Source: Phoronis australis (lineage: Eukaryota; Animalia; Phoronida). Taken from it: 64,000 bases of DNA. Below the pieces are notes generated by a model, which worked only from the letters and a program-made list of their open reading frames with translations, searched no databases and had not been told where the DNA came from. The stretch covers positions 641,951 to 705,950 of the forward strand of contig NMRA01000200.1 of NCBI GenBank assembly GCA_002633005.1. Direction: 5' to 3'. The translations under genes were made by a program, and so were the position numbers. Positions 1 through 13,123 of the stretch are shown piece by piece (position 1 is the stretch's first letter; every line of letters begins with the position of its first letter).

Positions 1-2480
1 TTGAGCGAGTGTGTATGAATATAGTCAACCGACAACACTTTGTGCGTTTGATTAATTTTATTATTTTACATTATAAATTAAGTGGTTAAAAGTATAATAA
101 TTTATTTACTCAGGTACAAACTTCAATAAACATCATAAAATGGAAAACTAAACACAATGACAATATTTCACTCCGCTGTCCAAAATTGTCTCCAAAAATT
201 TTGGCAGATAGAACAAAAAATTCAACTAGAAATCCTTTTCTATGACACGTTGTTTTTCTTATTGCGTTCAACATAATGTCACGCCTCCGACCCATAGGCA
301 CATATCCCAGATATCACATATATCAATCACATGTGTGAGAAATGACAAGCGGAATAGGACCACGACTGCACAAAACACATGGTAGACCTACACAAAACGC
401 ATGGTAGACCTACACAAAACGTCACCAATCTCAAGTATTATAAGTGCTCAGTGAAATAACAGAAATTGCCTTCACGATTCTGAGATTTTGGACAACTGTG
501 AATCGATTTCATCGGAGGCCATAGTGAACGACAATTACTTGAATACAAAAGTGGAAATTTTTGCAACACTTAAATTCAGTGCTTAAAATTTCTGTTACTC
601 ATACTCAAACAAGACTCTGACTAGTTTAAAACCAATCTAAACAGTCACGAAATTCACATTTGTTTTCCAAAATTATGTTCGTACAATGTCGCATAGTCAC
701 ATTTTGCAACATCTGAACAAGATATTACATAACAATGCAATCCATTTCGTCAATACTTCCATCTACCCATGCGCCAATCTTCCTCATGTGCGATAAGCAG
801 ATGACCAGGCAAGAATGTGCACAATTGCAATTTTAAAGTATCTGTTTTTTCAGTAAGTGTGTCGGTTCAGATGAAATTGAAGTACGATAAATCGATTATT
901 CACTTAAATGCCCAGGGTTTGCATACTATAAGCCCACAGCACGAGCTACACTCCCACGTCGTCAACTAGTAGCTTAGTTAAACCGTTTGTTTTTTTAGAA
1001 CTCGGTTGGTCTTTTGTAGGCCTTTTGCTAATGTCGCTAATGATGTTTTCACTGTAAGAGGAAACGTGCAGATAATTTGCGATACATAATAATGTTTTGT
1101 GAAAATGGCGATGGAGCCGCACTTGTTACTATGTAGTCTGATGGAAATGGAATTCCCCAATACAAACGCATATAGGATTTAAGCAAGTGGTTTTAAACAC
1201 TAAACTGGCTTCTGCGGATTTTAGTCTTCCCAGAGACTTCTCATACACTGGCAAAGACCCTCGCTCACGCGGTGCAGCATCTGCCCAATATTGCGAAAAC
1301 GAAGAGAACATGAATACATGATATACATTCAATCGTGGATTTTCGGTCAGAACATCCGCCATCGTCAGAAGAGATAAATCTTAAACAATTGTAGCGAAGT
1401 AGGATTTTACGCCATTTCTCAATTGTATATACTTTATATTGGCAGCAGGAAAATTTCTCTTAAATCTGAATTTCCTTGGAGTGAATTGCAAAAATGAATG
1501 CTCAACAGTATTGAATTTAGCATCGAACCTAAATTATTTGATGCAATGTATTCTTTTAGTCTTGTAGAGGGCTATGTCTAATTAAATTTAGCTCACCACT
1601 CTGAGTGGCAGCTTTTGGCGGGTACCAGGAGATAGCTCTCGACGCAGAGCATAATTAGGAAAACGTCTAATTGCGCGATAGTGTTCACCAAACTTTCCCC
1701 GTCAGAGACGCGTTTCCTTACAAACAGAAAAACGCAAAAATTCGTAAATGTTTGGACGAAAAACCAGTTGATATCTTTGGAAAGGGATGAAGTAGAGGCA
1801 CAATTCTCACAACATAAACCAGCAATTTATATCGTCTTACAACTGGAATAAATCGAATTGTAAGAGTTTAACAAGTTAGTTGAAATGTCGATTACAACCG
1901 CTGGTAGTGTTTGGCTCATGGTGCAAGCTGGCAGTAATCCATATTGTTCTAAAACAGCTGAGTTTCCCCCAGATATTTACAAATGTAGCTGAATGTGTGC
2001 GCTCAAAAGTGCATTGTGAAGCGATAAAAGGTTCCAAGCAAGTATATGTAATGTCAAGTCTGTCAGTAGGTAACGTGTGCGGGTTTTACACGTCAGCGCA
2101 TTCGCATTGACTCATTTACGCGTTAATCTATTTTGTAACGACAGCTGAACCTATTTCAACCCAACCCTGTAAGGGGTTTGACCCCAAGTCACATGATTTA
2201 CATGAAACGCCTGCGAATGACAGTTCTGACTTGTTACACATTGACATCACCGGGAAGTGTGGATACGGACCCCCTGCAATTCGCTCAAAACATTGTCAAT
2301 TCGCAGCCTGTCCGCCATTCTCGTGTACAAGTTGGAATTTACACATTAGTGGACTGGTCAAGTGGGCGTATTAATCATCCGATCGTTGACGTAATTTTGT
2401 GAATACTGTCTTCGTTTATTGCCTCGGGAATCAATTTAAAAGTATGAAGCGCCACAGGGTTTCTTGAACGAGTAACTTTT

Positions 2481-2760
2481 TGCCCGTTAAAATATGCTTA
2501 ATCTACGTGTACTTTTGCTTAATCTATGTGTACTTTTGGTTAATTTATGTGTGCTTTCGTTTATTCTATGAGTACTTTCAATCTACGTGTACTTTTGCTT
2601 AATCTACGCGTACCTACACGTACTTTCAGTTCTTAAACGGTGATCGTTCTGCTTTTAATCTATTAATTTCAGAGCGCGGGCGTGATTGGAATATATGAAC
2701 TGATTAAAAGTACGCGTAGATTAAGAAAACTGCACCTTCATTAAGCATATTTCAACGCGC
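2481..2760. mobile_element. Foldback-like MITE with 21-bp internal tandem repeats
   Basis: Inverted ends GCCCGTTAAAATATGCTTAAT / ATTAAGCATATTTCAACGCGC; arm made of GCTTAATCTACGTGTACTTTT units. Confidence 0.65.
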
Positions 2761-2836
2761 ATGGTGGCTTAAACGTAATTTCTTGTCCAGTATCCTTAAT
2801 GTTGTTGACTGGCATGTCAAGTGCACACTGCAAGCC

Positions 2837-3599
2837 TATCGTTGGCCAAATAGGTGAACGTTACACAATCAAGTTAAATTACGTTCGTAAATTAATTCTT
2901 GTTAGTGGCGTAAATTAATTATTAACGGCGTAAATTAATTATTTGCGGAACAAGTTAACTTTTAACGGCGTAAATAAATTATTTACAGAGTAAATTAATT
3001 CTTTACGGCGTAAATTAAACTAATTTACGGAAGGTAATTTATGTTCGAAGTATATCCCGAGAATAATAGGTGCGTCGCAAGCTCCGTTTCCAGAGATAAA
3101 AAGGAGACCGTGATAGGCTGCTAAAGCGAAGTACTGATGGCAGGAAATTGTAAGTTTAACGAAAGAGAGCTATGACACGTGACAATCATCAGCCTATGGG
3201 AGCCATGAGCTGACCAAACTCGTGGCAAATGACAGAAACGAACCAATAGTGAGGCTGGAAATGGAATGTCCTAGTGCCTCGTGTGCAGAAGGACCGCATG
3301 CGAATCTACACAAAAGATTAATGGACCAATCCGAAAGATGGGGGTATAAGTGAGACGAGTCCATATTCTCACATAAATATATTTAACGAGTGGAATATCA
3401 TTTACGCGCGCAGCGTTGACCCATTTAGCCAATGATAAATTTACGCCATAAGGAGTTAATTTACGCCGTTAAAAGTTAATTTGCGACGCACATATTTAAT
3501 TTACGCCGTTAATAATTACTTTACGCCGGTAATAATTAACAATAACTGATTTACGCACGTAATTTACGTGCGTAACGTTCACTCATTTGGCCAACGATA
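2837..3599. mobile_element. Foldback-like MITE with long subrepeated inverted arms and a nested element
   Basis: TATCGTTGGCCAAAT...ATTTGGCCAACGATA (TA at both ends); arms built of roughly 21-bp ACGGCGTAAATTAATT units. Confidence 0.75.
3051..3402 (+). mobile_element. Unclassified interspersed element, family X copy 1
   Basis: Shares GCGTCGCAAGCTC..CAGAGATAAAAAGGAGAC, GACACGTGACAATCATCAGCCTAT and CACATAAATATATTTAACGAGTG blocks with 10008-10602 (minus) and in part 61910-62235. Confidence 0.7.
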
Positions 3600-4135
3600 C
3601 AACCCAGTCGTTTCTGTTGATGCCATGATAGAATACCCACAGACAAAAACACAGTGTACGGCGTTACTGAATTACTATCAGACCAGTAACAGATTTAGAT
3701 GTTTGCCGTCATTCTGTTGCAATGTGGTAGGGTCTACGTGAGTAGGTTGTACTTACGTCTGTTTGTTATAGATTTAAACTATGACATTTCTGAAAGGGCG
3801 CAGTTCTCAAAATTACCCGTCCGCTTCACAGTATAGTTCCAGTATTGAAACAGTTAGCTGAAACAAACCAAACTTTGTTCTATTTTTTGTTGTAGCCCAA
3901 GTTTTCCAGGAAAAAATAAGCAAGAACAAGAAAAATCTTATAATTTAATTACCTACTACAAATACGGGTTATTCGGGAATCTTAAACAGTACACACCATG
4001 GATTTTTGCACATTTTGAATTACCGGTGGCCACAGACTAAATGTATGACGTAAAATTTAGCTAAACGTATGTTTATTAGCTCGAAATTTTGATTTTTCTT
4101 TCAATTTTGCCAATTTTCACATTTCCCGCCATGTG

Positions 4136-4513
4136 ACGTCATGGGTTGAACACAAGAGATCAGTGACTAGCATTGAACAATGGCGGAGAGCAGTGAATTT
4201 GAAAGCGACGACAATTATGAGCAAAAATTTAATGAATACTATGAAGAAACGTACGGGAATGGTGGCCAGGATGAGGAAATGGGGTTGCACGAACGCGAGA
4301 ACAAGTTTGATGTGCTTCCGGCTGCGTACTTTTCTACTTTGAGCCTTACGAACTGGATCCTCCCGCGAGAGAAGCTGCAGCCTCCCACAACACATCTTTT
4401 GATCCCTCTACGAACCTTCTAGACGCTAAATGTACTTTGCTTTCACTTCACTCTATACACTTTGTCTCTGATCCGAACAGTATGGCGAACGACTTGGGTT
4501 CAACCCATGACGT
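4136..4513. mobile_element. Small inverted-repeat element enclosing an acidic ORF stub
   Basis: 21-bp IR ACGTCATGGGTTGAACACAAG / CTTGGGTTCAACCCATGACGT (1 mismatch) around ORF 4180-4422. Confidence 0.55.
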
Positions 4514-4905
4514 TGTACATAATTATTATTTTTTCAATTTTTGCGTGTTTCTTTATGAGCTGTGCATTAAAAGCACTGAAATCAAGTAAGATATAATAAT
4601 AAAATTTATTTTGAGGTACTAAAGTCATGTTGTGTACACTTTAAGAACGGTTGTCGTCTGAACTATTGTGTGACTGCCTAGAAGAAGGTACCGGAATGCT
4701 CTTATTCTGTAGCGAAGACACTGATGTGGTAGAAATGTGTTACTTTTCTGAATTTTGCGAATATTCATGGACACTGGATTACGACGTAGATGGTCTATCT
4801 ACACGGTATTACATTACAACAGAAATGTGACAAAATTTATGCAGAGCGTCTTTTAACTACGAAGGCCCGTTAATGCCAGAAAAATGAAATTAATTGAAAC
4901 TGTTA

Positions 4906-5682
4906 TTATGTAGTGCCAATCCGCTTTTCCGTATTCGAATTCGCGGTTGTAGTCCAACACTGTGCTGGTGACCACCTGGCTGGCGAGCCTAAAATCCACT
5001 CAAAGTCAATGATTGACAGCCAACGGCGATAATTATCCATTTGAAATAAAATCATAAAAATCACAACGGACGTTGTTTTTTTGCAACAAATATCTTTAAG
5101 AAGTTTATACCATCCAAAATTACTAAAGAAAATGTATTTTTGGCCGTAAAACCCATTACGTCCCTTGAAGTGCATTATCGGAAAAAGGCACTAAGTGCAA
5201 GTGTTGTGATTGAGACAAAAGGTTTAACAGTCGTAGGATGACTTGCGCATCGACTTTAATAAAAACTCGCAAACACCAATCCTCCAAATATTAGAGCCAA
5301 GATTTTGCACCCTCTCTTCAGAATAGCTTGTTAATAAATACTTACCATTGAAGAAGCCAGAATAGGAATCTAGTTGTCCATTTGAATCTCGAGTAAATTT
5401 GTCTTGATGGTGTAGGTCACGTGTGCATATCCAAAATCTGCGAATCGCAGATAAACCTACATTGAGTAAGAGATGAATTTGTAAAAACAGCTGTTCTTCT
5501 TTGGGAGAGATGATGACAAGATGGGCTCCTTCCACGTGACATTTTGACTTAGCCTCCCACCTGTCAACTGAAGCGCTGTCCATTTTGTAGCAAGAACCAC
5601 GATATGGAATCCAGCCACTGGCACAGTTTTGCGGCGACTCAATGGGGGAACACCCCACGAAGCAAATTACGATACCCAAAAC
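4906..5682 (-). pseudogene. C-type lectin domain gene, probably decayed
   Basis: Exon 5682-5346 (ATAG| ... G|GTAAGT) encodes CASGWIPYRGSCY...WEAKSKC...GAHLVII...EEQ.FL...FWIC. The conserved WIG is WIC. The next exon (acceptor at 4989) reads GSP...QC and then seems to need a frameshift; no intact WND/C-terminal cysteines are seen. Confidence 0.65.
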
Positions 5683-7374
5683 CTATATGAAGATCAATAA
5701 AAACTATGTAAAGCCAACCGTATAATCAAGAACGATTGCGGGTGGAACGAATTTGCACTCGCAGAAAAGGTATCACAAAATTTTTAATATTTTACTATTT
5801 TGTGAACGCAAGCAGTGAAAGCTTCCGCCAAAAATAGTTCAAAGCAACATTGAACTTTATATTGCATTTTCCGTATTCAAGCCAGCCTCTATGTTAGTTT
5901 TACAATTTGTATGGATTCAGAAACAGACTTTCTTTCATATATTGTTTAAATTTGTTCCCTGCCTGAGCTCGACTTGTGCTTGCTGCGTACAAAATCATTC
6001 TCTCGCACAAGCCATTCCCCTCTCTCGGACCAATTTTTGTTTCGCGTGGACGTATTGCTTACCTCGTGGAAGGACAAGCTCTGACCCCATGCATTAACGT
6101 CTGCCTGCGAAACCTATTTTATATCACTAGAATAACGTGTACAAGAGAAGAATTTGTGGGCAGCAAACACGAGCCCAAAAGTGAGGACAAGTCAAGGAGC
6201 CTTGGGTATCACTTACCAAAAGATGCAACATTCTCAGTCAAATATCAGCCTCTAATAACCAAAAGTGGAAGTGTTGGTAGGCTGGTCAACTTGTTGATTA
6301 AATAGGCATTTCTGCTGTTCCCTCGGCTAAAATGCCAGCTTCTCATTGGAGGAAGGTGTGTTCTGGACGTTGATTGTTTCCGTGTCGACTTCTGCTTACA
6401 CACGTAATTGCGCTGATTTAACACGTTCCGTGTCAGCTATGCTATGTCAACTTTTATAATAATAATAATATTAAACTTTATTTATAGAGGATAAAATACA
6501 ATAGATATAAAACATACTTTAGCCAAAGGCTAATGTCCAGCATGGTCCTCTGCAGGAAAAGTTAAATTAAATAAATTTAGATAGATAAACAGATTAAATT
6601 AAGATACATTAAATCAAACAGTATTTTACAAATTGGATTTACAGACTGAATTAAAAATAAATAAATAAATAAAAACTTTTTCATGGTGCGACTATAGCTA
6701 TACTCAAACGGCGTAACTGTCAAAATTTTGATGGAGATTTTTGTTGCAGTATACTTATGGAGAACTGTTGGAGCAGACCAGTCTCCATGTATACCGATTG
6801 TTAAAAATGATCTTGTAATTCAGAATATTACATATATCATGTTCCAAGCTTTGTCCAGATACCAAACTTGGCCAGATTCAAATGAGCTCAATCCTAGTGT
6901 AATGCCATATATAATTGTCGATGGTACTTTTGTAAATATAAGGAAAACAAATGGCATACAAGAGTTGAGAAACCTACGTAAGTTTTTATTAAAATCTGAA
7001 CAAAGACGCGAGTCTATTGTCAAAATGTAACATATGTGCGCAGGTCTTCATAACTGCTTTGTGTATGCTTTGTAACATGGGCTAGTGGTCTTACTACCTG
7101 AAATAAATTAATTGAACTTGAATTAATTGCCGCTTCATATAGTATTTTCTATCATACGAAGGTACAAAATACTATAAATGTGCGTGTGTGTGTATATATT
7201 TATGAATGTGTCTATGTATATATTTACATTGATTTCGTTGGCCACAAAATTGTTAGTTTCTTGTACCTATCTGGTACTTTGTATTCTATTTGCCGTTTCG
7301 ATGGAGCCCATGTGTTAGACAATCGATCATACAATGTTCTGTCTTTCTGTTAGATTTATATAGTGTAAGAGTTA

Positions 7375-10300
7375 TAGTCCAGTCATTCTAGGGCTCCAGA
7401 GGCCTAACCTAGAAAAAATTGCAACAGAAGGATTTTTTGCATAAATGGCATCTTCAAGCATCCCTTGGTGCCAGAAAAAAGTCTACCGAAATCGGAGTGG
7501 CAGAAGTGGGTTTTTCAAGATGGCGGAAAAAATGGCCGGCAAAACCGGTCTTTACTGCTTTTTGGCATGTTACTCTTGTGCAACAGCTGGAAGTAAAATA
7601 AGAAAGCTTGTCATTGATTACATAATTTTCATAACGGGCATACCAATCAAAAAATACCAATTTTCCATAAAATGAAACCAACATGGCTGACAAAATGGCT
7701 GCCCAAACAGCAATTTGGTACATGTTGCAATTTTTTATATTTTGCTCTGAAAATGGCAAAATTTCTATGCTTTTGTAAGTTAGACAATTGAAAATATCTG
7801 GACCTTACAGTTGATAACTGGTTGGAGAGAAAAAATCGAGACGGCGGACAAAATGGCCGCCAACTAACAAATAACCCCAATTTACCTCATGTGGATTCTA
7901 TAAACTTTGTAACCTGGTAAGCGTTTACACAAAAACATTTTACAATCTACAGTCAAGCTTAATGAGTTGATTCTTTATAACATTTGTTTTTAAGATTTAG
8001 GAGCTGAATGTGAAATTTTAATCACATTTTAGATTATTTGACATAAAAGTTGGTGTTTTTCAGAAAAGGCTTTGGTTAAATTGTCATGATAAATTTCACA
8101 CACTCAATTATTTTTCAGTAAAATATATTCATTTGAGGCATGAAATATAATATTTGTTAGAAAAATATGTAATTCTGCTGGAATTATTGGATTATTCATT
8201 ACATCAACCCTGAATCACATTGGGCAGGAAGTGGATTTGCTCTCTGCTATTGGAGATGTTATTAGTTGTTCCCATCCAAAGATTTCGTCTGCTACTGACA
8301 CGAGTGGAGAATTTGGCAGCTGATTTCACCTAAATTTGACGAAAAGTAAACAAATTTGGGTTACAAAAAGTTAATAATTTAATGTTTAACATTTAGTACT
8401 CACAATTGGTTTAATATGCATGCTTTTTATGAACATAAGAAACTGATTTTAGAAGAAATTAGTGCCAGCAAACCAAACGACAGTAATCTATAGTCACTTT
8501 CTGGGATGTATTGGATACGTAATGCCAGGTACCAGACTTCAAGTTCTTGAGACAGTGTATGTACCAAACAGTGTGACCCATTTTGTTAAATGGAAAAAGT
8601 GTGGATAGAGCAGTGAGGAGGCATATGTTGGTAGACTCAGCACTGAATGCTATCATAGCAGCCAGAGCGTTCAATATCTCACTCCAAATAATGACAGATC
8701 AAGTAACGGCAATCCAGAACCAATGACTTCAGGATTTGGAGAAAGAAGTTCCGGTTCTTCAGAAATTCCAGGAGTCCCGAATGTCACCAACACAGAATAC
8801 ACAGATTCCGTACCAAGAGGTGGAGCAAACGTTGGCTCGTCAGAACATATGGAGACAGATTCTTCAGACATCCCAAAGAATCACATAACTAGAGATGTAT
8901 ACACTGGGACATGCAATGCACAGGCAGTACCTTCCGGTTCTGNGGTTGGAGAGAAAAAATCGAGACGGCTGACAAAATAGCCGCCAACTAACAAATAACC
9001 CCAATTTACCTCATGTGGATTCTATAAACTTTGTAACCTGGTAAGCGTTTACACAAAAACATTTTACAATCTACAGTCAAGCTTAATGAGTTGATTCTTT
9101 ATAACATTTGTTTTTAAGATTTAGGTGCTGAATGTGAAATTTTAATCACATGTTAGATTATTTGACATAAAAGTTGGTGTTTTTCAGAAAAGGCTTTGGT
9201 TAAATTGTCTGAAGCTGTATGATGATCTTATTGCTGGCATGACGTCTTTGTGCGGCGATGTATGCTTGTCGGAGTGTCTTGTAGGAATCCATACAAACAA
9301 AGCACATAAAATCAGACTTGCCCTTTGCAAAGTCGAACCAGCTGTCTCTGACTACAGTATTATGAAGATGGTTGACGTCCTTCGACTTTTTCTATAAGCA
9401 GAAATAACGTCAGATTGGGAACTTCACCTAAAAGCAGTTTCCGAAATGATGCCTTACTTTGTAGCTGCTGGTCACAACTCATATGAAAAATCTCCATGCA
9501 TATACTTGCAGCAGATGCAACAACTCAAAGACACCCATCCCGACCGTCTACAGCACTTTTATTAACCACCACCATGACAGAAGGCAAAGTGGCAGATTCT
9601 GGGCAGGCTTTTCATCTGACCTTGTAATTGAACAACGCTCATGAATCAACAGGAGGTTTAACTAGAGGTTGTGGAATGGGAGATACGCAGCGTGCACGGT
9701 GGCTGCTTTCCTTGCCGGCATGCTCAAGTATAAATGGCGCCATGCAGAGTATGACAAACTTGATTTGAGAAACAAGTGAGCAACATAAAGAATGTTACCA
9801 TGCAAGACAGTCGCGGAATGACAAAGACATCCTTATCCTTTTTGAATTCCTCCACAACAGAAACTAATTTGAAAGGGAAACATTGCAGAACATCGGCGCT
9901 GATGGGACTGCAGGCACATGCGTCAATGCCGAAAATGCCAGAGAAGCAGGGAAGGCAATTCCCTAGTCTATTTCAGCGTTTACTAACAGCTGCAGAAAAC
10001 AACAGTAAATGGTATTTCACTCGTTAAATATATTTATGTGAGCATATGGACCAGTCTTACTCCTCCCCCCCCCCCTCATTTCGGTCTATTCTGTTCGTGA
10101 CTACACGTTTTCCCAGCCTTCGTAGTGGTCTGTTGTTATCACGTGACTCGAGTTTGGTCAGCTCTTGGCATTTATAGGCTGATGATTGTCACGTGTCCTT
10201 AGGGGTGTTTTCTTTGTTATGGTAACCTCGCTTTCGGTCCATCTTTGTTCTGGCCACATTGTCGCACGATCAAAAACTTATTCAATTTTAAACTTCTAAA

Positions 10301-13123
10301 CTTTTCCTGTGTGATACCTGCGTGCTGGCTAAGTACGTAGGCATAATGGCGAATCTTCAAGTGACCCTAGAGAATCTTGACCACGCACCTCACCCTACCG
10401 TCTGTCTTACATCATCTCTTGTGGCGCTATTTTATAGCCCATCTTACCAGAGATTACCAATTATACGTTATTTACCTGTATTCATTATATTGTAACTGTG
10501 CTAGTCATAATAAATGACCTTATATCGCCTACCTCCGTCTCCTTTTCATCTCTGTTAACGAGCTTGCGACTCGCGTATCATTTATCTATTATTCGGGACA
10601 TATGTCGATCATAAATGTTTATCAAGCCTTTCGAAGTTTGCGCTGTGTGTTGGTTCCTCCGCTCTTTTTGATACATCTGGTCTTCCCAGAGTCGCTAATA
10701 AATCAATATTATCTGATGCACTCTGGTCTAGTGGGGGACGACCTACCTGGGGTTTACCAATTTCCAAACAACACAGTGATGCATGTAATCGACGGCGGTT
10801 CTCTCCTTCACTGTATTCTATGGCCTAGAGGTGCAACGTTTCAGTCAGTTGGTAGAGCTTATGTGGATTACGTAAGCAAGTACACCCAGCCTACCGTTAT
10901 TTTTATGGTTATGTACGTGGCCCATCAGCTAAAGATGTCTCCCATGTTCGAAGACTGGGTGAGGTGGTTGGAACTGAAGTTCACTTCAATGGTGACATGG
11001 TGATCAAGTCAAAGAAGAAAATTCACATTTTTTGGTAAAGAGCAAAAACAAACAAAGATTCATTCACTTCTCGAAATGCTGGTTGCAGAGTGGTACAAGC
11101 TCAAGGTGATGCAGATGTTTTAATTGCAGAAACAGCAGTAGAGAATGCAGCACAAGGTCCTACTACCTCCATTGCAGACGATACAGACTTGTTGGTTCTT
11201 TTGTGTTACCATGCTACTTCACAACAATTTCCAATATTCTTGAAATCTAAGAAGAGACACCAAAACAAGAGGAGAGTCTGGGACATCAAAAACATACTAT
11301 GTCTCTTGGTGCCCAAACTTGCGCGCTTTTGCCATTTGGGCATGCAATAGGTGCGGTTGCGATACAACATCACGGCTGTTCGGTATTGGCAAAGATCTCC
11401 ATCCAAGAAACTGCGTGATCGAGTATTCAGCACTAGACCCATGCACCTGAAGGAAGACAAATTTGAAGCTGGTAAAAGGGTTGTGCTTTATGGCGGTACT
11501 GGCTCTGGAATTTGGAAGACTTGCGATGCAGGCGATTTGTGGAAAAGGTGTTATCAAGCGTAGCCCAGTCCAAATACAGTCATTACCACCAACTGCTTCA
11601 GCAGGTGAATTCCTTGCTGCCAGGACAAGAGCAAGAGTGGTCAAGTTTCCGTGGCAGTGACCTAGACCCGCTGGATTGGGGATGGATGCTGGCAGGTGGA
11701 AAACTCATTCCCATGACGACGGACCAGCCAGCAGCACCATAAAAGCTGCTGAAAGTAGTAAGATGCTCGGGCAAGAACAACTGCAGTTCCAAGATATGCA
11801 CTCGGTAGAAGTTAGGATTGCCGTGCTTGGTTGCATGTGGAGAATGCAGCGATATAAGCTGCAGCAATTCATTCTGAATTGAAAGAGACAAGTTGTGTAA
11901 ATACTGGTTGAATGTGTGTAGATTTTGATCACAGACAGAATTACTGCTTCGGACACACGTGTAACATCACTAAAGAGAAGCCTAGTGGGAGCTGTACAAG
12001 CGCTTAAAACTGTTTAACTTGCTAAACATACCTTGCTAAACCTTTCTCCTATCTCAACTGTTGCTGTATTTGCAGCTAACTGAAGGTGACACAGACGGTC
12101 AATTGGTGTTGATAGTAGATCAATAAATTAATCGCAGAGAATTATATACATCCCATTTTTCCACGAAATTATCTTTCAGTCCAAGCGAACCTGATGCTTT
12201 TCACCCAAATAAGTTATTATTTGTTCAACAATCTTTAAAATGGTAGTCGTAACCTTCAGAGCGAGACAAAAATAATTTTAATGGATATGTTAACCTGTGA
12301 AACTCAGGATATGAAATCTGTGGAGATAGCGTGTCTCTGGAATCTGAAATTCTTATAGGAAGCAACTATTTGGTGACCATCTTAGAAAATGACGGAAGTA
12401 ATCATTAGAGCCAAACGCAACGAGTCTCAATGGATTAGTCGACCTAGAAAACCTATGATGCAATGTTGAAATCAAGACGACACATTAATCTGTTCGTTGC
12501 AAATTAAAGTTGTGCGACTCCAAGTAGTATTGGCGGCCATCTTGGAAAATGGCGGACGGTTTCGCCACAGCCATGCAAAACTATTTCCAATGGATTTGTT
12601 GACCCACAACAGATACCTAAACCTTTTTTGAATTTTTTCTTTATCACATCCCACTCTCGAATTATAATGGTCATATGCAAATTAATCTGGCGGCCATTTT
12701 GTCCGCCATCTTGAAAAACCAACTTCCACCAATCCGATTCCGGTAGACATTTTTATCACACTAAAGGGTGTGAGAGGATACGATTCATGCAATAAAACCT
12801 TCTGCTGCAATTATTTCCGGGTCATCCGCAGAACGACGATTCGTGTTTATGCACGTCACATGTTGGTCAACAACACGTGACACAATGAGAAAGCTCAGTG
12901 GAATGGCTCTCCAACTTGGTTGTCACGGCGTGTTAGTTACAGTCGCCAAGGCTAGGTACACGATGACGTTGCTTTGGAAATGCAAGTAGGCTTATGATCT
13001 GCAAATACATTATAAAGAAAATTGATGTTTGTTCACATCATAACATTGTGTATCTCGGCTTCAGTGGTCCCGCTATGTTTTGTGGTATCCTGTAGCCATT
13101 TGCTACGTACTAGTTTTGGACTA
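7375..13123 (+). mobile_element. Decayed Academ (XPG-type) DNA transposon
   Basis: Termini TAGTCCA...TGGACTA flanked by GTTA on both sides (7371-7374, 13124-13127); imperfect inverted repeats of about 135 bp (7407-7540 vs 12690-12822). Frameshifted fragments RAVRRHMLVDSALN, WELHLKAVSEMMPYFVAAGHN, HVIDGGSLLH, QAQGDADVLI...DDTDLLVLL (PIN/XPG-like), LPPT, LDPLDWGW and a Cys-rich C-terminus. Family assigned from recalled Academ architecture. Confidence 0.8.
10008..10602 (-). mobile_element. Family X copy 2, nested in the Academ coding region
   Basis: The reverse complement matches both ends of 3051-3402; it interrupts transposase-like coding sequence. Confidence 0.7.

Noticed and set aside
7820-9209. 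265-bp direct repeats as LTRs of a nested element
   Set aside because: The second copy starts exactly at an N gap and there are no LTR termini or TSD; this is an assembly join.
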